A DNA stretch of 58,390 bases from positions 1-58,390 of the forward strand of contig JAWBOS010000005.1 of NCBI GenBank assembly GCA_038825875.1, written 5' to 3'. The DNA comes from Candidatus Woesearchaeota archaeon (GTDB taxonomy: Archaea; Nanobdellota; Nanobdellia; Woesearchaeales; JAWBMQ01). Positions 29,354-39,713 of the stretch are shown here, piece after piece; positions within the stretch are counted from its first letter, which is position 1; every line of letters starts with the position of its first letter. Position numbers and translations under genes: made by a program. Below the pieces are notes generated by a model, which saw only the letters and a list, made by a program, of their open reading frames with translations, made no database searches and was not told the DNA's origin.

Positions 29354-30175
29354 ATGATGAAGTTAATTAGCAATTGCCTTGAATGTTTTGGAGAGCAGAT
29401 TAGTCGATTAATGATACCTGAAGAAGATAAGAGGCAATTGTTCTTAGAATTATTTAATTTTGCATCAAAATATAAGAATCTTTTCAAAGATACTCCAGTG
29501 CATCTTGCAAGATTGGTTTATAAAAATAAAGTTGTAATTGACTTTTTTAGAAAGGCAAAGCCAAAGGAAATAGAATTTAGTTTGAAGGTTGCAAAAGATT
29601 TGAGTGATAAAGATCTTCCCTTGATAGAAATTTTAAAAATATCTACTGCTTTAAATGTTTATGATTTCTCAGCACCACAATTTGAAAATCAATGGAAAGA
29701 AAAGATAAAAGAAATTGAAGTGAAATGTGATGTTGAAAATATAAATGGAAAGGTATTGTACATTTTAGATAACTGTTCTGAAATTGGAGTAGATATTCTT
29801 TTTTTAGAAAATTTGAAGAAAAAAAAGAATGTTGAGATTACAGTTATGCCAAGACAGCAAGATTTCATAAATGATGTAACTATTGACGATCTTGTAAAAT
29901 ATGATCTAAATAAGAAAATTGAGAATTTTGCAGAAATTATCCCGTTAGATATCTATGAATCTTCAAAGAGTAAAAACGTCATAAAGCTAAGTGAATTGCC
30001 CAAATTCGTTGAAAAATTTGACTTTGTGGTTTCAAAAGGACAGGCAAATTATGAAATTCTATCTGAATTCAAATTTGAAAAGCCTAAGATTATTTATGCA
30101 TTAATAGCTAAATGTAAAGTGATTGCTGATGAGATTGGAATAGCTCACGGAAAAGGCATAATTTTTCAAATCTGA
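29354..30175 (+). CDS. DUF89/ARMT1-like damage-control phosphatase
   Basis: CLECF, LDNCSEI..D, INDVT, SKGQANYE, AKC. Confidence 0.85.
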   Translation: MMKLISNCLECFGEQISRLMIPEEDKRQLFLELFNFASKYKNLFKDTPVHLARLVYKNKVVIDFFRKAKPKEIEFSLKVAKDLSDKDLPLIEILKISTALNVYDFSAPQFENQWKEKIKEIEVKCDVENINGKVLYILDNCSEIGVDILFLENLKKKKNVEITVMPRQQDFINDVTIDDLVKYDLNKKIENFAEIIPLDIYESSKSKNVIKLSELPKFVEKFDFVVSKGQANYEILSEFKFEKPKIIYALIAKCKVIADEIGIAHGKGIIFQI

Positions 30176-31476
30176 TGATGAACTACAACATCCTAAAGGA
30201 ATATGACATTCGTGGAATTTGGGGATCTGAATTTACTAAGGATGATGTAATTGAGTTAGCAAATACCTTAAACAGATATTATAAACCAAAAACAGTAGTG
30301 ATTGGAAAAGATATTAGACTTGGTTCAGAAGAAATAGCCAAGTACTTAATAAGTATATTTAAAAAAACATCAAAAGTATATTATTTGTCAACAGTACCAA
30401 CACCAATGCTTTATTTTGCAAATTTCTACCTTAATTGTGATTTGGGATTTATGATAACTGCAAGTCACAATCCAAAGGAGTACAATGGTATGAAAATCTT
30501 ATATAAACTAAAAAACTTATCAAAAAAGGAGCTTCTAGAAATACTTAAAAATCATTCTATTCCTCTAAACGAAGAGATTTTGCCTGAGTCTATTGAACCT
30601 ACAAATATACTTCCTGATTATTTAAACTTTTTAAGCAAGTACTTCAATAAGACAAAAATATCAGCAATTGTAGATGCAATGAATGGATGTGGGTATATTG
30701 ATGGTAAAATTTTAAGTGAATTTATAACCGTAGTTCCATTACATTTTACTCCTCTTCCGAATTTTCCAATCACACCAGACCCTAGTGATGAAAAAAATCT
30801 TTCTCAAGTTGTTGAGCTTTGTAAATCTTTAAATAAAATAGGTATTGCATTTGATGGGGATTGTGATAGAATTAGAGTAGTTACTGAATCTGGTTATGTA
30901 GTTCCTAATGATTTAATCACTGCACTGATATTGAAATATAAACCCATAAAAAAATGTGTAATTACCCTAAACACCAGTGATATTGTAAGAGAAATTGCTA
31001 AGGAAAGAGGAATCACATTATATGAAACAAGAGTAGGAAGAAATTTTGTACGAGAATTTATGGAAAAAGAGGATTGTGATTTTGGAAGTGAGGTAAGTGG
31101 TCACTTCTTTTTTAAGGAATTTAATTACTTTGATTCTGGACTTTTCGCTGCTTTAAGTTTAATAAAAATTATTGATCAAGAAAAAAAACAATTAGACGAT
31201 TTAATATATGAATTTAGAAAATATGAAAAAGTTGAGTTTGCAATAGTTACTGAAAAAGGAGATGAGTTGATAAATTCTATAAAAGAGAAATTCTCAAAAC
31301 AAATAGCTAGTGAAATGGATGGAATTTTAATAAGAACACCGGATTTTTGGTTTAATGTTAGAAAAAGTAATACTGAACCAAAAGTTAGATTCTATCTAGA
31401 ATGTAAGAAAAAAGGAGAAATTGAAAAGATAAAGTCTGAACTTTTAGATTTAGCTTCTAAATTTGTAAAGAATTAA
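30175..31476 (+). CDS. Phosphomannomutase/phosphoglucomutase
   Basis: YDIRG, ITASHNP, FDGDCDR, EVSGH, RKSNTEP. Confidence 0.93.
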   Translation: MMNYNILKEYDIRGIWGSEFTKDDVIELANTLNRYYKPKTVVIGKDIRLGSEEIAKYLISIFKKTSKVYYLSTVPTPMLYFANFYLNCDLGFMITASHNPKEYNGMKILYKLKNLSKKELLEILKNHSIPLNEEILPESIEPTNILPDYLNFLSKYFNKTKISAIVDAMNGCGYIDGKILSEFITVVPLHFTPLPNFPITPDPSDEKNLSQVVELCKSLNKIGIAFDGDCDRIRVVTESGYVVPNDLITALILKYKPIKKCVITLNTSDIVREIAKERGITLYETRVGRNFVREFMEKEDCDFGSEVSGHFFFKEFNYFDSGLFAALSLIKIIDQEKKQLDDLIYEFRKYEKVEFAIVTEKGDELINSIKEKFSKQIASEMDGILIRTPDFWFNVRKSNTEPKVRFYLECKKKGEIEKIKSELLDLASKFVKN

Positions 31477-31949
31477 GGCAATTTTTTCCAGAATAGAAAT
31501 TTTTCATTTTCATTTAAAGTTTTACTTTCTAATTTTTGATCAATCACTACTTTTTGCTCAATTTTAAAAGAATAACCAAAAAAAGCATTACTAAGCAAAT
31601 TTGAAGTATTTAACAATTGTTCTTTTAAGGATTCATTAACTTTCCATACCAATGAAACATTATCGTTCTCAAATCTTGGTAAAATATCTAAAGATATATG
31701 CTTAAAGGGATTTGCAATTCCTATATTTAGAAGTAAATTATAGCTATCTGTAGCAGTTATGGATTTTATGGTTTCAATTAATTTCTTTGTTACTTCAAAA
31801 AGATTAGCAGGTATTGTTTTTTCTTCATGGGCCTTCGGAAAAAGTTTGAAATGAAATTTTGAAATACCAGAAATAAGAAAAGTACCAAGTAATTCTCCAT
31901 CATTGTATACTATAGCTTCTGTTTTTTGAACGTCACAGAGTTGACACAT
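31473..31949 (-). CDS. HIT-fold protein with degenerate histidine triad
   Basis: CQLC start, HFKLFPKAH, YNLLLN, and KHISLDILPRF in place of HxHxHxxPR. Confidence 0.7.
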   Translation of the reverse strand: MCQLCDVQKTEAIVYNDGELLGTFLISGISKFHFKLFPKAHEEKTIPANLFEVTKKLIETIKSITATDSYNLLLNIGIANPFKHISLDILPRFENDNVSLVWKVNESLKEQLLNTSNLLSNAFFGYSFKIEQKVVIDQKLESKTLNENEKFLFWKKLP

Positions 31950-32028
31950 ATGTTATTTTCTAAATTTTTTAAAATAAAAAGTTTTCGAAAACAAAAAATT
32001 TAATAATGTCTTAATAATACTATAAAAA

Positions 32029-33516
32029 ATGCAACTAGGAAAACAGATAATCATAATCTTCATTCTTACAATTTTGACAGGAATATTTTCTTATTCTACA
32101 AGAATTATTCTTGCAAATAATCTCAGTGTTTTTGATTATGGGCTATTTTTCGGTACGTTCAGCTTGGTATTCTTCTTTGGTTTTTTGAGAGATTTTGGGC
32201 TTGTAGAAGCTTGTGTTTTTTATATTAATAAATCACTAAGTGAAAAAAAGATATATAAGATAAAATCTTACTTAGCATACAGTTTAATCTTTCAAATGCT
32301 TTTTGGAATCTTAATAGCGTTAATTCTCAATGTTCTTTCTCCCTATCTTGCCATGAATTATTATAAAACTGAAAAAAGTCAATTATTAATCTTTCTCTTT
32401 TCAATATTTTTTGTTTTTGACGCTATCTTTAGTTTAGTAAATTGGGGGTACACCTCTCTAGGAAGAGTAGACATTAGTTACTTGTTTCAATTCTTTAAAT
32501 TTTTAAATATTTTTGCTTTTACTCTTCTTTTTTTGAAATTCAACAGAAATTTGAATTTTGCAGCTTTTGGATATGTCTTAGGAGCATTAATTAACATATT
32601 CTTGGCAGGGATGTACTTTGTTTTGAAGTATAAAAAATTGTTAAGTGAGAAAATTGAAAAAAATTTTACATATCTAAAAGAATTGTTTGGATATGGAATT
32701 CAGGTTATGATTTCATCTTTAGGATCAATTTTTTTAATAAATACAGATATCTTAGTATTGACATGGTTAAGAGGAAATGAAGATGTTGGTTATTACAACA
32801 TTGCTATACCTATATTTACAATACTTACTACCTTTATTTCTCCCATCTTTTCATTTGTTGTTAGCTTTGTAGCTGAAAAGTTTCATTCAAAAAATTTCAA
32901 GAGTATTGAAAGGGTACTTTCTCTGCTTTACAATTATTCCTTACTAGTATCTTTACCATTAACTATTTTATTTGCTTCGTTTCCAGAATTAATAATTAAT
33001 ACCCTTTTTGGAGAAAAATATCTGCCTGCAAAATACACTCTCACTCTCTTTTCTATGTCTCTGTGGTTTTATACTCTTAGAGATGTAAATTTTGCTACTA
33101 TGGTTGGAATAGGAAAAGTAAAGGAAAGATCAAAGGTACTGTTGATCAGCGGCATAGTTAATTTAATTTTAGATATAGTATTAGTAGCATTATTTGGAAA
33201 GGAAGGTGCTGCATTCGCTACTTTCTTATGTACTTTTTTAATGTTCTACTTAGCTTATCTTATTTTAAGAAGAGAATTTTCTTTTAAGCTAGATATTGCT
33301 ATTCAAATGAGAATCATTCTTTGCTCAATCTTTTTCTATTTTTCTATTATCCTTTTTAGAAAAATAATTGAAATATCACCACTTCTAGAGGCAATAATAG
33401 TTACTCTTCTCTCAACGATAATTTATCTTTTACTTTTGATCGTAACAAAAGTCATAAATAAGGAAAGAATTGCGTTTCTAATAAAAATTATGCAAATCAA
33501 ATTTGAGAAAATTTGA
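32029..33516 (+). CDS. Oligosaccharide flippase (Wzx/MOP family)
   Basis: ~12-14 TM, LSVFDYGLF, NTDILVL, VGYYNIA, LFGEKY, GAAFAT. Confidence 0.88.
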   Translation: MQLGKQIIIIFILTILTGIFSYSTRIILANNLSVFDYGLFFGTFSLVFFFGFLRDFGLVEACVFYINKSLSEKKIYKIKSYLAYSLIFQMLFGILIALILNVLSPYLAMNYYKTEKSQLLIFLFSIFFVFDAIFSLVNWGYTSLGRVDISYLFQFFKFLNIFAFTLLFLKFNRNLNFAAFGYVLGALINIFLAGMYFVLKYKKLLSEKIEKNFTYLKELFGYGIQVMISSLGSIFLINTDILVLTWLRGNEDVGYYNIAIPIFTILTTFISPIFSFVVSFVAEKFHSKNFKSIERVLSLLYNYSLLVSLPLTILFASFPELIINTLFGEKYLPAKYTLTLFSMSLWFYTLRDVNFATMVGIGKVKERSKVLLISGIVNLILDIVLVALFGKEGAAFATFLCTFLMFYLAYLILRREFSFKLDIAIQMRIILCSIFFYFSIILFRKIIEISPLLEAIIVTLLSTIIYLLLLIVTKVINKERIAFLIKIMQIKFEKI

Positions 33517-33969
33517 TTATTGATCAATTCTATAGGCTATAATTAGCTTCTTTTCCTTTTTTCCGATTTCGTATACATAATCGTAAAACTTATTTATACT
33601 TCCAATATCAACAAACTTCCAATCATCAGGTTTGTTAGAAACTTCAAATATTGCTAAATTGTTCATTGGCAAATTTTTCCTAGTGTGCCAATATATTGTA
33701 TTATCTATAGGGCTATAATAAACATAATTATTTCTATCCAGATTTAATGATTCAGGGATTGAGTCTAATTTTGATGCATAGGTGTTATAGATGGATTGTG
33801 TAATTGCTTTGTAATCAGGTATTTCCTTTTTTCTAAGATAATCTAAAACACTTTCCTTTATGTTGTTAAAACCCAAAACAGTTAAAACACCTATTGTGCC
33901 AATACCAACTCCCTTAGCTATATCATTAACCAAAGCTTCTATAGATTTTTTTGATTTTTTTCGAATCAT
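33517..33969 (-). CDS. Hypothetical protein with N-terminal membrane anchor
   Basis: Basic N-terminus followed by GVGIGTIGVLTVLGF. Confidence 0.55.
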   Translation of the reverse strand: MIRKKSKKSIEALVNDIAKGVGIGTIGVLTVLGFNNIKESVLDYLRKKEIPDYKAITQSIYNTYASKLDSIPESLNLDRNNYVYYSPIDNTIYWHTRKNLPMNNLAIFEVSNKPDDWKFVDIGSINKFYDYVYEIGKKEKKLIIAYRIDQ

Positions 33970-34035
33970 TTTAACTATCAAATAGTAATAACAATTATTT
34001 TAAAAATATTATGAATTATTAAGTTCTATCTTTTA

Positions 34036-35121
34036 CTATTTTAAACGCAAAAGAATCACATTTTCCAAATGATTTGTAAATGGAAACATATCTATTGGTT
34101 GGCAAAAAATAAGATCATATAAATCTGAAAGCTGATTGTAGTTCTGTTTTTGAGTTTTTGGATTGCAAGATATGTAAAGAATATGCAATGGTTTTGAAAT
34201 TTTTAACATATTTATTACCTCTTTGGAAAGCCCCTCTCTCGGAGGATCTAGAATGAATAAATCATATAATTCACTATTCCTCTTGCTCCACTTTCTTGCA
34301 TCTTCACAAAAGAAATCAATATCAATATTATTTATCTCTGCATTAATTTTTGCTAGTTTTATATTCTCTGGTTCGATATCAATTCCAATCACTTTCATTC
34401 CTTTTCTTGCTGCAATAATTCCAAAAACCCCAATTCCACAAAAAAGATCTACTATTTTTTTTATTTTTAATTCAGATATCAAATTTTCTACAATTTCACA
34501 CAAAACCTCAAATCCCTTTAAATTTGTTTGAAAAAAAACATTAGGAGTAATTTTAAAAATTATATCTCTATAGCTCATTTCTATAAATTCCCTGTTCAAA
34601 AATTTAATATACTTTCCTCGAGAAACATCAGAAAAAGTGTCATTCAATGAAATATACACAGAATCCTCAGGAAAGGATTTTGCTAATTGATTTGCTATAG
34701 TTTCATAGTTCTCATTTTTATAAACCACAAGATTAATCTGACAATTTAGTCCATTCGTTCTAATCACAACATATCTTAAAGTACCTTGATGTGTTTTAAG
34801 ATCATAAAAATCATTATAATTTTTTAACAATTCATTAATAAATTTAATTCTACTGTTAATTAACTCTTCTGTAATAAAGCAATAATCCACATTCACAAAT
34901 CGATCGTACTTTCCTTTTTCTCTTAAACACAGTCCTTGATATGCAAGAAAATCCATTCTATTCCTGTAATTTAGAATTTTTGGAACTATAATGGGATTGC
35001 AAAAAGAAAGATCTGAGAATAGACTTCTTATGTAACTCTCTTTTTTGAGTTTCTGTTCAAAATATGGAAAAATAAAAGTACAACCTCCACATCTACCTAA
35101 ATTTACACACTTATTTTCCAT
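34036..35121 (-). CDS. RlmD/RumA-family RNA (uracil-5)-methyltransferase, no TRAM domain
   Basis: CVNLGRCGGC Fe-S motif, FFQTN, DLFCGIG, LDPPREG, YISCNP, DMFPFTNHLE. Confidence 0.9.
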   Translation of the reverse strand: MENKCVNLGRCGGCTFIFPYFEQKLKKESYIRSLFSDLSFCNPIIVPKILNYRNRMDFLAYQGLCLREKGKYDRFVNVDYCFITEELINSRIKFINELLKNYNDFYDLKTHQGTLRYVVIRTNGLNCQINLVVYKNENYETIANQLAKSFPEDSVYISLNDTFSDVSRGKYIKFLNREFIEMSYRDIIFKITPNVFFQTNLKGFEVLCEIVENLISELKIKKIVDLFCGIGVFGIIAARKGMKVIGIDIEPENIKLAKINAEINNIDIDFFCEDARKWSKRNSELYDLFILDPPREGLSKEVINMLKISKPLHILYISCNPKTQKQNYNQLSDLYDLIFCQPIDMFPFTNHLENVILLRLK

Positions 35122-35800
35122 CAAAGATATTTTTCAATAATAAGAGATTTATTAACATTACGTTTTTGAAGTATTGATAATCTTGAATGTATCGTTCCTC
35201 TTGAAAAATAAGAGTTCCATTTTCAAAAGTAATCTCTATATTCTTTTTAAGAGTCAATAATAGATCTATTATTTGCTTAGTAACTATTCTTTTTACAAAA
35301 TCTGGATCTTTCCCAAGCACAAGAAATTTTTTATCAAATTCAGGCAAATTAAATTCAATATCCTTGATAAATATTGATTCAAGATTGTGAAAGATATCCT
35401 TATTAGAGATTTGAAAAAAACTTCCATTAGGAAGATTCTTAAATTCAAAATATGTAACTGGCACAGTAAATTCTCTTACTTTAATTAATTTAGTTCCAAT
35501 TTCAAAGGGAATCTTGATGTTTCTATACTTTATACTACCTCTTACTCTATTAGAATTGAAACCGTAAAAAAATATTTCTGAGAGAAGGGATTTAAAAGCT
35601 GAAAAAGATGGTTTTTTTATAAAACTAATCAAATCCTTCAAAATAAAATTTTCTTTGACAAAATCAAAATTAAATTCCTTACTAAATTGCTTCATACAGA
35701 AAATAACACTTTTTGTATAACGAATTGATCGAGTAAGCAAAAACAAATAAAAAGAAAACAAAAAAATTGCCATAAAAAGGATGATCAATTCAGGAGCCAT
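35111..35800 (-). CDS. Hypothetical membrane-anchored protein (DUF3137-like)
   Basis: N-terminal TM and DIEFNLPEFDKKFLV motif. Confidence 0.5.
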   Translation of the reverse strand: MAPELIILFMAIFLFSFYLFLLTRSIRYTKSVIFCMKQFSKEFNFDFVKENFILKDLISFIKKPSFSAFKSLLSEIFFYGFNSNRVRGSIKYRNIKIPFEIGTKLIKVREFTVPVTYFEFKNLPNGSFFQISNKDIFHNLESIFIKDIEFNLPEFDKKFLVLGKDPDFVKRIVTKQIIDLLLTLKKNIEITFENGTLIFQEERYIQDYQYFKNVMLINLLLLKNIFDGK

Positions 35801-37295
35801 TTTTGTATTGAATTTCTATAACAAAATCCTTTTTCTCTTGGTAAAATTTTAATCTATCTATAGCGTTTTTTAGTTTTTCTTCAGAGCTAGAATAAATTTG
35901 AAGGATTGGTTCATTTTCTTTAACTTGATCTGAAACATGCTTAAAAAGGTAAATGCCTGCAAACTTATCAAAAGGATTTCCAACAATCTTACATAATTCA
36001 GATAGTTTTCTATTGTCTATTGATTTAATTATGCCTTTTCTTGGACTTTTAAAAACATACCTAAATCTGCCTAATCTATTTTCAATCTGTTTTGGCTCAA
36101 ATATATTTCCCTGTTGGACTTGAATAATTTCCTTCATCTTTTGATAAGCCATGCCTGATTTTAGTATAAACTCTGCCAATTCTCGACCTGATCGGTTATA
36201 TTTTCTAATACCTATCATATCTAATAAAATCCCTGCAAGATCAAGAGCCTTTTGTTCCAAATCCTTTGGAAGGTCTTTTTCTTGTCTAAGGACTTTTAAC
36301 ACGTCAATTGCTTCTAATGCAGGTCCTATTCCATTACCTATTGGTTGTGTTCCATCAGACAATACCACCTTTATGTTTAAATTTAACATCTTGCCAATTT
36401 TTATAAAGTAATTTGCCAAATCTAAACCCTCTTCATAAGTAAATTTTGCTCCTTTCCCAACTGGTAAATCTATTAATACATACTTAGAACCTACTGCATA
36501 TTTCTTAGCTAAGATTGAAACAAGCAACAAACCTTTTGGATCAAGGTTCAAGACTTGTCTTATCTTAATTAATTTATCATCTGCAGGAGCAAGATTAACC
36601 CCTCCTCCCCATACAATACATCCTGATGTTTTTTTCACAATTTCTTTAACTGTATCAACATCAAAATCAACCTTGCAGAGAACCTCCATGACATCTGCAG
36701 TACCTGCTGGTGATGTAATACTTCTCGAAGAGGTTTTAGGAATTTTTAGGTTTAGAGCCGCAACAATAGGAACAACTATCATAGTAGTTCTATTTCCAGG
36801 AACTCCACCAGCACAATGCTTATCTACAACAATTCCATTAAAAGATATTTTTTTCCCATATTTGACTATTGACTTGATCATATCAACTATTTCCTGATCA
36901 CTTAAACCATAAAAATATGAACCTGCTATAAAAAATGTCTTTTCAACAGAACCTACCTCATCACAAACTATAGCTCTTATTACTTCATCAATTTCTTTTG
37001 CATTTAACGTATAACCATCCAATTTTTTTCTTATATACGTCATTGCTAATGGTTTCTCAAGAACATTAAGTGTTCCTTTAAAGTGATTTTTAACATTAAG
37101 CTCTTGAACCACATTTTTTGAAACATAGATTTTGTCAAAGTTAGTGATATTTACAACACATACAACACTTTTTCCATTGCATCTTACTACGACTTTATCT
37201 TCTTCAGATAATCCTAAATCCCTAGCAATATCTCTAGGTAAAAACAAAACATTTGTGTTAGAAAATATATCTAAAACATAAAATGATGCTTTCAT
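35790..37295 (-). CDS. AMP phosphorylase (thymidine phosphorylase family)
   Basis: N-terminal extension, DKHCAGGVPGNRTT, PKTSSRSITSPAGTAD, APADD, QPIGNGIGPALEA. Confidence 0.92.
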   Translation of the reverse strand: MKASFYVLDIFSNTNVLFLPRDIARDLGLSEEDKVVVRCNGKSVVCVVNITNFDKIYVSKNVVQELNVKNHFKGTLNVLEKPLAMTYIRKKLDGYTLNAKEIDEVIRAIVCDEVGSVEKTFFIAGSYFYGLSDQEIVDMIKSIVKYGKKISFNGIVVDKHCAGGVPGNRTTMIVVPIVAALNLKIPKTSSRSITSPAGTADVMEVLCKVDFDVDTVKEIVKKTSGCIVWGGGVNLAPADDKLIKIRQVLNLDPKGLLLVSILAKKYAVGSKYVLIDLPVGKGAKFTYEEGLDLANYFIKIGKMLNLNIKVVLSDGTQPIGNGIGPALEAIDVLKVLRQEKDLPKDLEQKALDLAGILLDMIGIRKYNRSGRELAEFILKSGMAYQKMKEIIQVQQGNIFEPKQIENRLGRFRYVFKSPRKGIIKSIDNRKLSELCKIVGNPFDKFAGIYLFKHVSDQVKENEPILQIYSSSEEKLKNAIDRLKFYQEKKDFVIEIQYKNGS

Positions 37296-37303
37296 TTCAT
37301 CAC

Positions 37304-38347
37304 CTAAAGTGAAGATTTTTCTTCTTTCAAAAATAGTAGGAACAGCTCTAGAAGCATCGGTCCAAAGAAAACTCCAAGAAAGCCCATTAAAGACATTCCT
37401 CCAACAATTCCTAATAGTATTATTATTGGATTTCTTCTAGTTTCAACACTCACAAGATATGGTCTTAAGATATCATCGATAGTTGTTAGAAAGAATATTG
37501 CTACTAAAATAAGTATAATACCCTTAATAACTAAAATACTTTCTCCCAAAATAATTCCCTTAATTATTAGAAATCCTGAAAGCGGTAACCAAACTAGGCT
37601 TGTTCCTAAAATAGGAACAAATGCTGTAAAAAATGTCAAGATACCAAGTAATAAGAATGAGTCTAATCCTAACAAGAAATAAATTAATGAACCAAAAACT
37701 CCTTGAATCATAGCACCAAAAATAGAACCAAAAATAACCCCTTTCATAATCATATCGGCATCATTTATGAATTTTTGAAGTTCCTCTTTTTTCAATGGAA
37801 TATACTTCTCAATTTCTTCTATGTAAATTTTACCATTCTTTAAGAAAAGGAATACAAAAAGAATTGTCAGAAAGAATTTAAAAAGAATTTGTGGTAAAGA
37901 GATTATAAAGGAATAAACCTTTTCTGTGATAAAATTGAAAAATTTTATGAATAATGAGGATATGGAATCGATTACTGTTTTAGACACTATATTGTTTCTA
38001 TCAAACAAAAAATAACAAAAATCATTGTTTGCACAGATAGTGTTAAGACCTTCAATTACAGAAGAAGGTGATACGTTTAATTGAGCTATCTGTTTTATCA
38101 AATTTTCCACTAAAAAAACAGAAGGGATTAAAAGAATAACAATAAACAAAAAAATACAAAATACTGCAGACAATGTTGGATTTGTTTTTAGTTTAATTAA
38201 TTTAGAATGCAATGGATACATGATGTAGGATATGAGAATTGCAGCTAATAGAACATCCAAAGTGGGTTTAATAACGAAAAATGCTCCTATACCTAGTAGG
38301 AAAAGCAAAAGGATCTTAAAAAATTTTGAACCTTGATGGAAAAGCAT
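37304..38347 (-). CDS. AI-2E family transporter
   Basis: YPLH, FVPILGTSLVWLP, IDDILRP, GVFFGP. Confidence 0.9.
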   Translation of the reverse strand: MLFHQGSKFFKILLLFLLGIGAFFVIKPTLDVLLAAILISYIMYPLHSKLIKLKTNPTLSAVFCIFLFIVILLIPSVFLVENLIKQIAQLNVSPSSVIEGLNTICANNDFCYFLFDRNNIVSKTVIDSISSLFIKFFNFITEKVYSFIISLPQILFKFFLTILFVFLFLKNGKIYIEEIEKYIPLKKEELQKFINDADMIMKGVIFGSIFGAMIQGVFGSLIYFLLGLDSFLLLGILTFFTAFVPILGTSLVWLPLSGFLIIKGIILGESILVIKGIILILVAIFFLTTIDDILRPYLVSVETRRNPIIILLGIVGGMSLMGFLGVFFGPMLLELFLLFLKEEKSSL

Positions 38348-38403
38348 TAATCAATTTATTGCTTTGTTGTTTATAAAACTTATTAATAACTATATAGAAA
38401 TAA

Positions 38404-39621
38404 CTACTCTCCAAACTTTTGAACCCTATTTAGCTTATTCCTTATCAGCCTTAAAACATCAAGTGCAGTTACTCTCAACAATCCCTGACTAAGTTCATCA
38501 AAAGTACCATTGTCTGGCCTAGTAATTCCTAACTCAGGTTTTGACCAGAGCATAATTGGAACTGGATCTCCTGTATGTCTTTTTACAGTTACTGGTGTTG
38601 AATGATCTGCGGTAATTAACACAATATCAAATGCATCAAATAAGTATTTCAGATACTTGTCAACCTTCTCTATGAAATTCTTTTTTCCTTCAAAGTCTCC
38701 ATCATGTCCAAAGTTATCAGTTGCTTTTATATGCAAAAACACAACATCATAGCTCTCCTTTAGTTTAATTGCAGTTGTTATTTTCATACCCAAATTTGTA
38801 TTTTTATCACCTGTTGCACCTTCAACATTGACAACATCAATACCTACACTTTTAGCCACTCCCTTATAAAGTGCTCCACCAGCCACACAAACCATTTTAA
38901 TTCCAAACATCTCACTAATTTTTTTGTATCTTGGTAGTTTTCCAGCTCCTCTGAGTAAAACTATGTTTGCTGGCAACAACTTTTTACTCTCTCGTTCCTT
39001 GTTTATTCTATGATCCTTTAATAACTTTATGGATCTAGTTATAAATTCTTCCAATAACACTTCGGTCCATTTATTAGAATCCTCATCGTTCAATCTTTTT
39101 GGTAAATGAAGTATTTCACTATCAAAATCTTCAACATCTTTTCCAAGATTTATGTTTCTTTTAGGTCTAATGATTAAAACTCCTCTATGTTCTGTGGTAT
39201 GTAATACTATAAACTGAGCATCCTTCGTTTCAAAATTCAATTCCTTCACAATTTCTTTCAAACCATAATCAGATCTTCCTGCTCGGCGATCTATAATTTT
39301 CCCATCTTTTAGTGTAGCAAAGTTTAACCTAAATGCTACATCTTTTTCTTGTAACTCAAAACCTGCACCTAAAGCTTCATAAGCACCTCTTCCGGCATAA
39401 TATTTGAAAGGATCATAGCCAAACAATGCTAAATGCCCTGTATCACTTCCCACAGGCAATCCTGGAAAAATAGGTTGCATTAGACCTGTTTCACTTTCCT
39501 TTTCTCTTTTTTTCAATGTCAATCTCTTAGCAGCCATTAGTGGAGTTTTACCATAAACCGGATGAATATAATCCCCTAAACCATCTAAAATAACCATAAT
39601 TGCTTTGAGTGTTTTTTCCAT
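38404..39621 (-). CDS. apgM: 2,3-bisphosphoglycerate-independent phosphoglycerate mutase (archaeal type)
   Basis: ILDGLGD, GSDTGHLALFGYDP, GRGAYEALG, HIKATDNFGHDG, TADHSTP. SD GAGGTGA. Confidence 0.95.
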   Translation of the reverse strand: MEKTLKAIMVILDGLGDYIHPVYGKTPLMAAKRLTLKKREKESETGLMQPIFPGLPVGSDTGHLALFGYDPFKYYAGRGAYEALGAGFELQEKDVAFRLNFATLKDGKIIDRRAGRSDYGLKEIVKELNFETKDAQFIVLHTTEHRGVLIIRPKRNINLGKDVEDFDSEILHLPKRLNDEDSNKWTEVLLEEFITRSIKLLKDHRINKERESKKLLPANIVLLRGAGKLPRYKKISEMFGIKMVCVAGGALYKGVAKSVGIDVVNVEGATGDKNTNLGMKITTAIKLKESYDVVFLHIKATDNFGHDGDFEGKKNFIEKVDKYLKYLFDAFDIVLITADHSTPVTVKRHTGDPVPIMLWSKPELGITRPDNGTFDELSQGLLRVTALDVLRLIRNKLNRVQKFGE

Positions 39622-39713
39622 GATGCTCACCTCTTTAAAAACATAAAAATAGGTTTAAAAATATTTTGCAACTTCAAAAAATTTATAAATTAACACAGGC
39701 TATTTTCCAAGAA

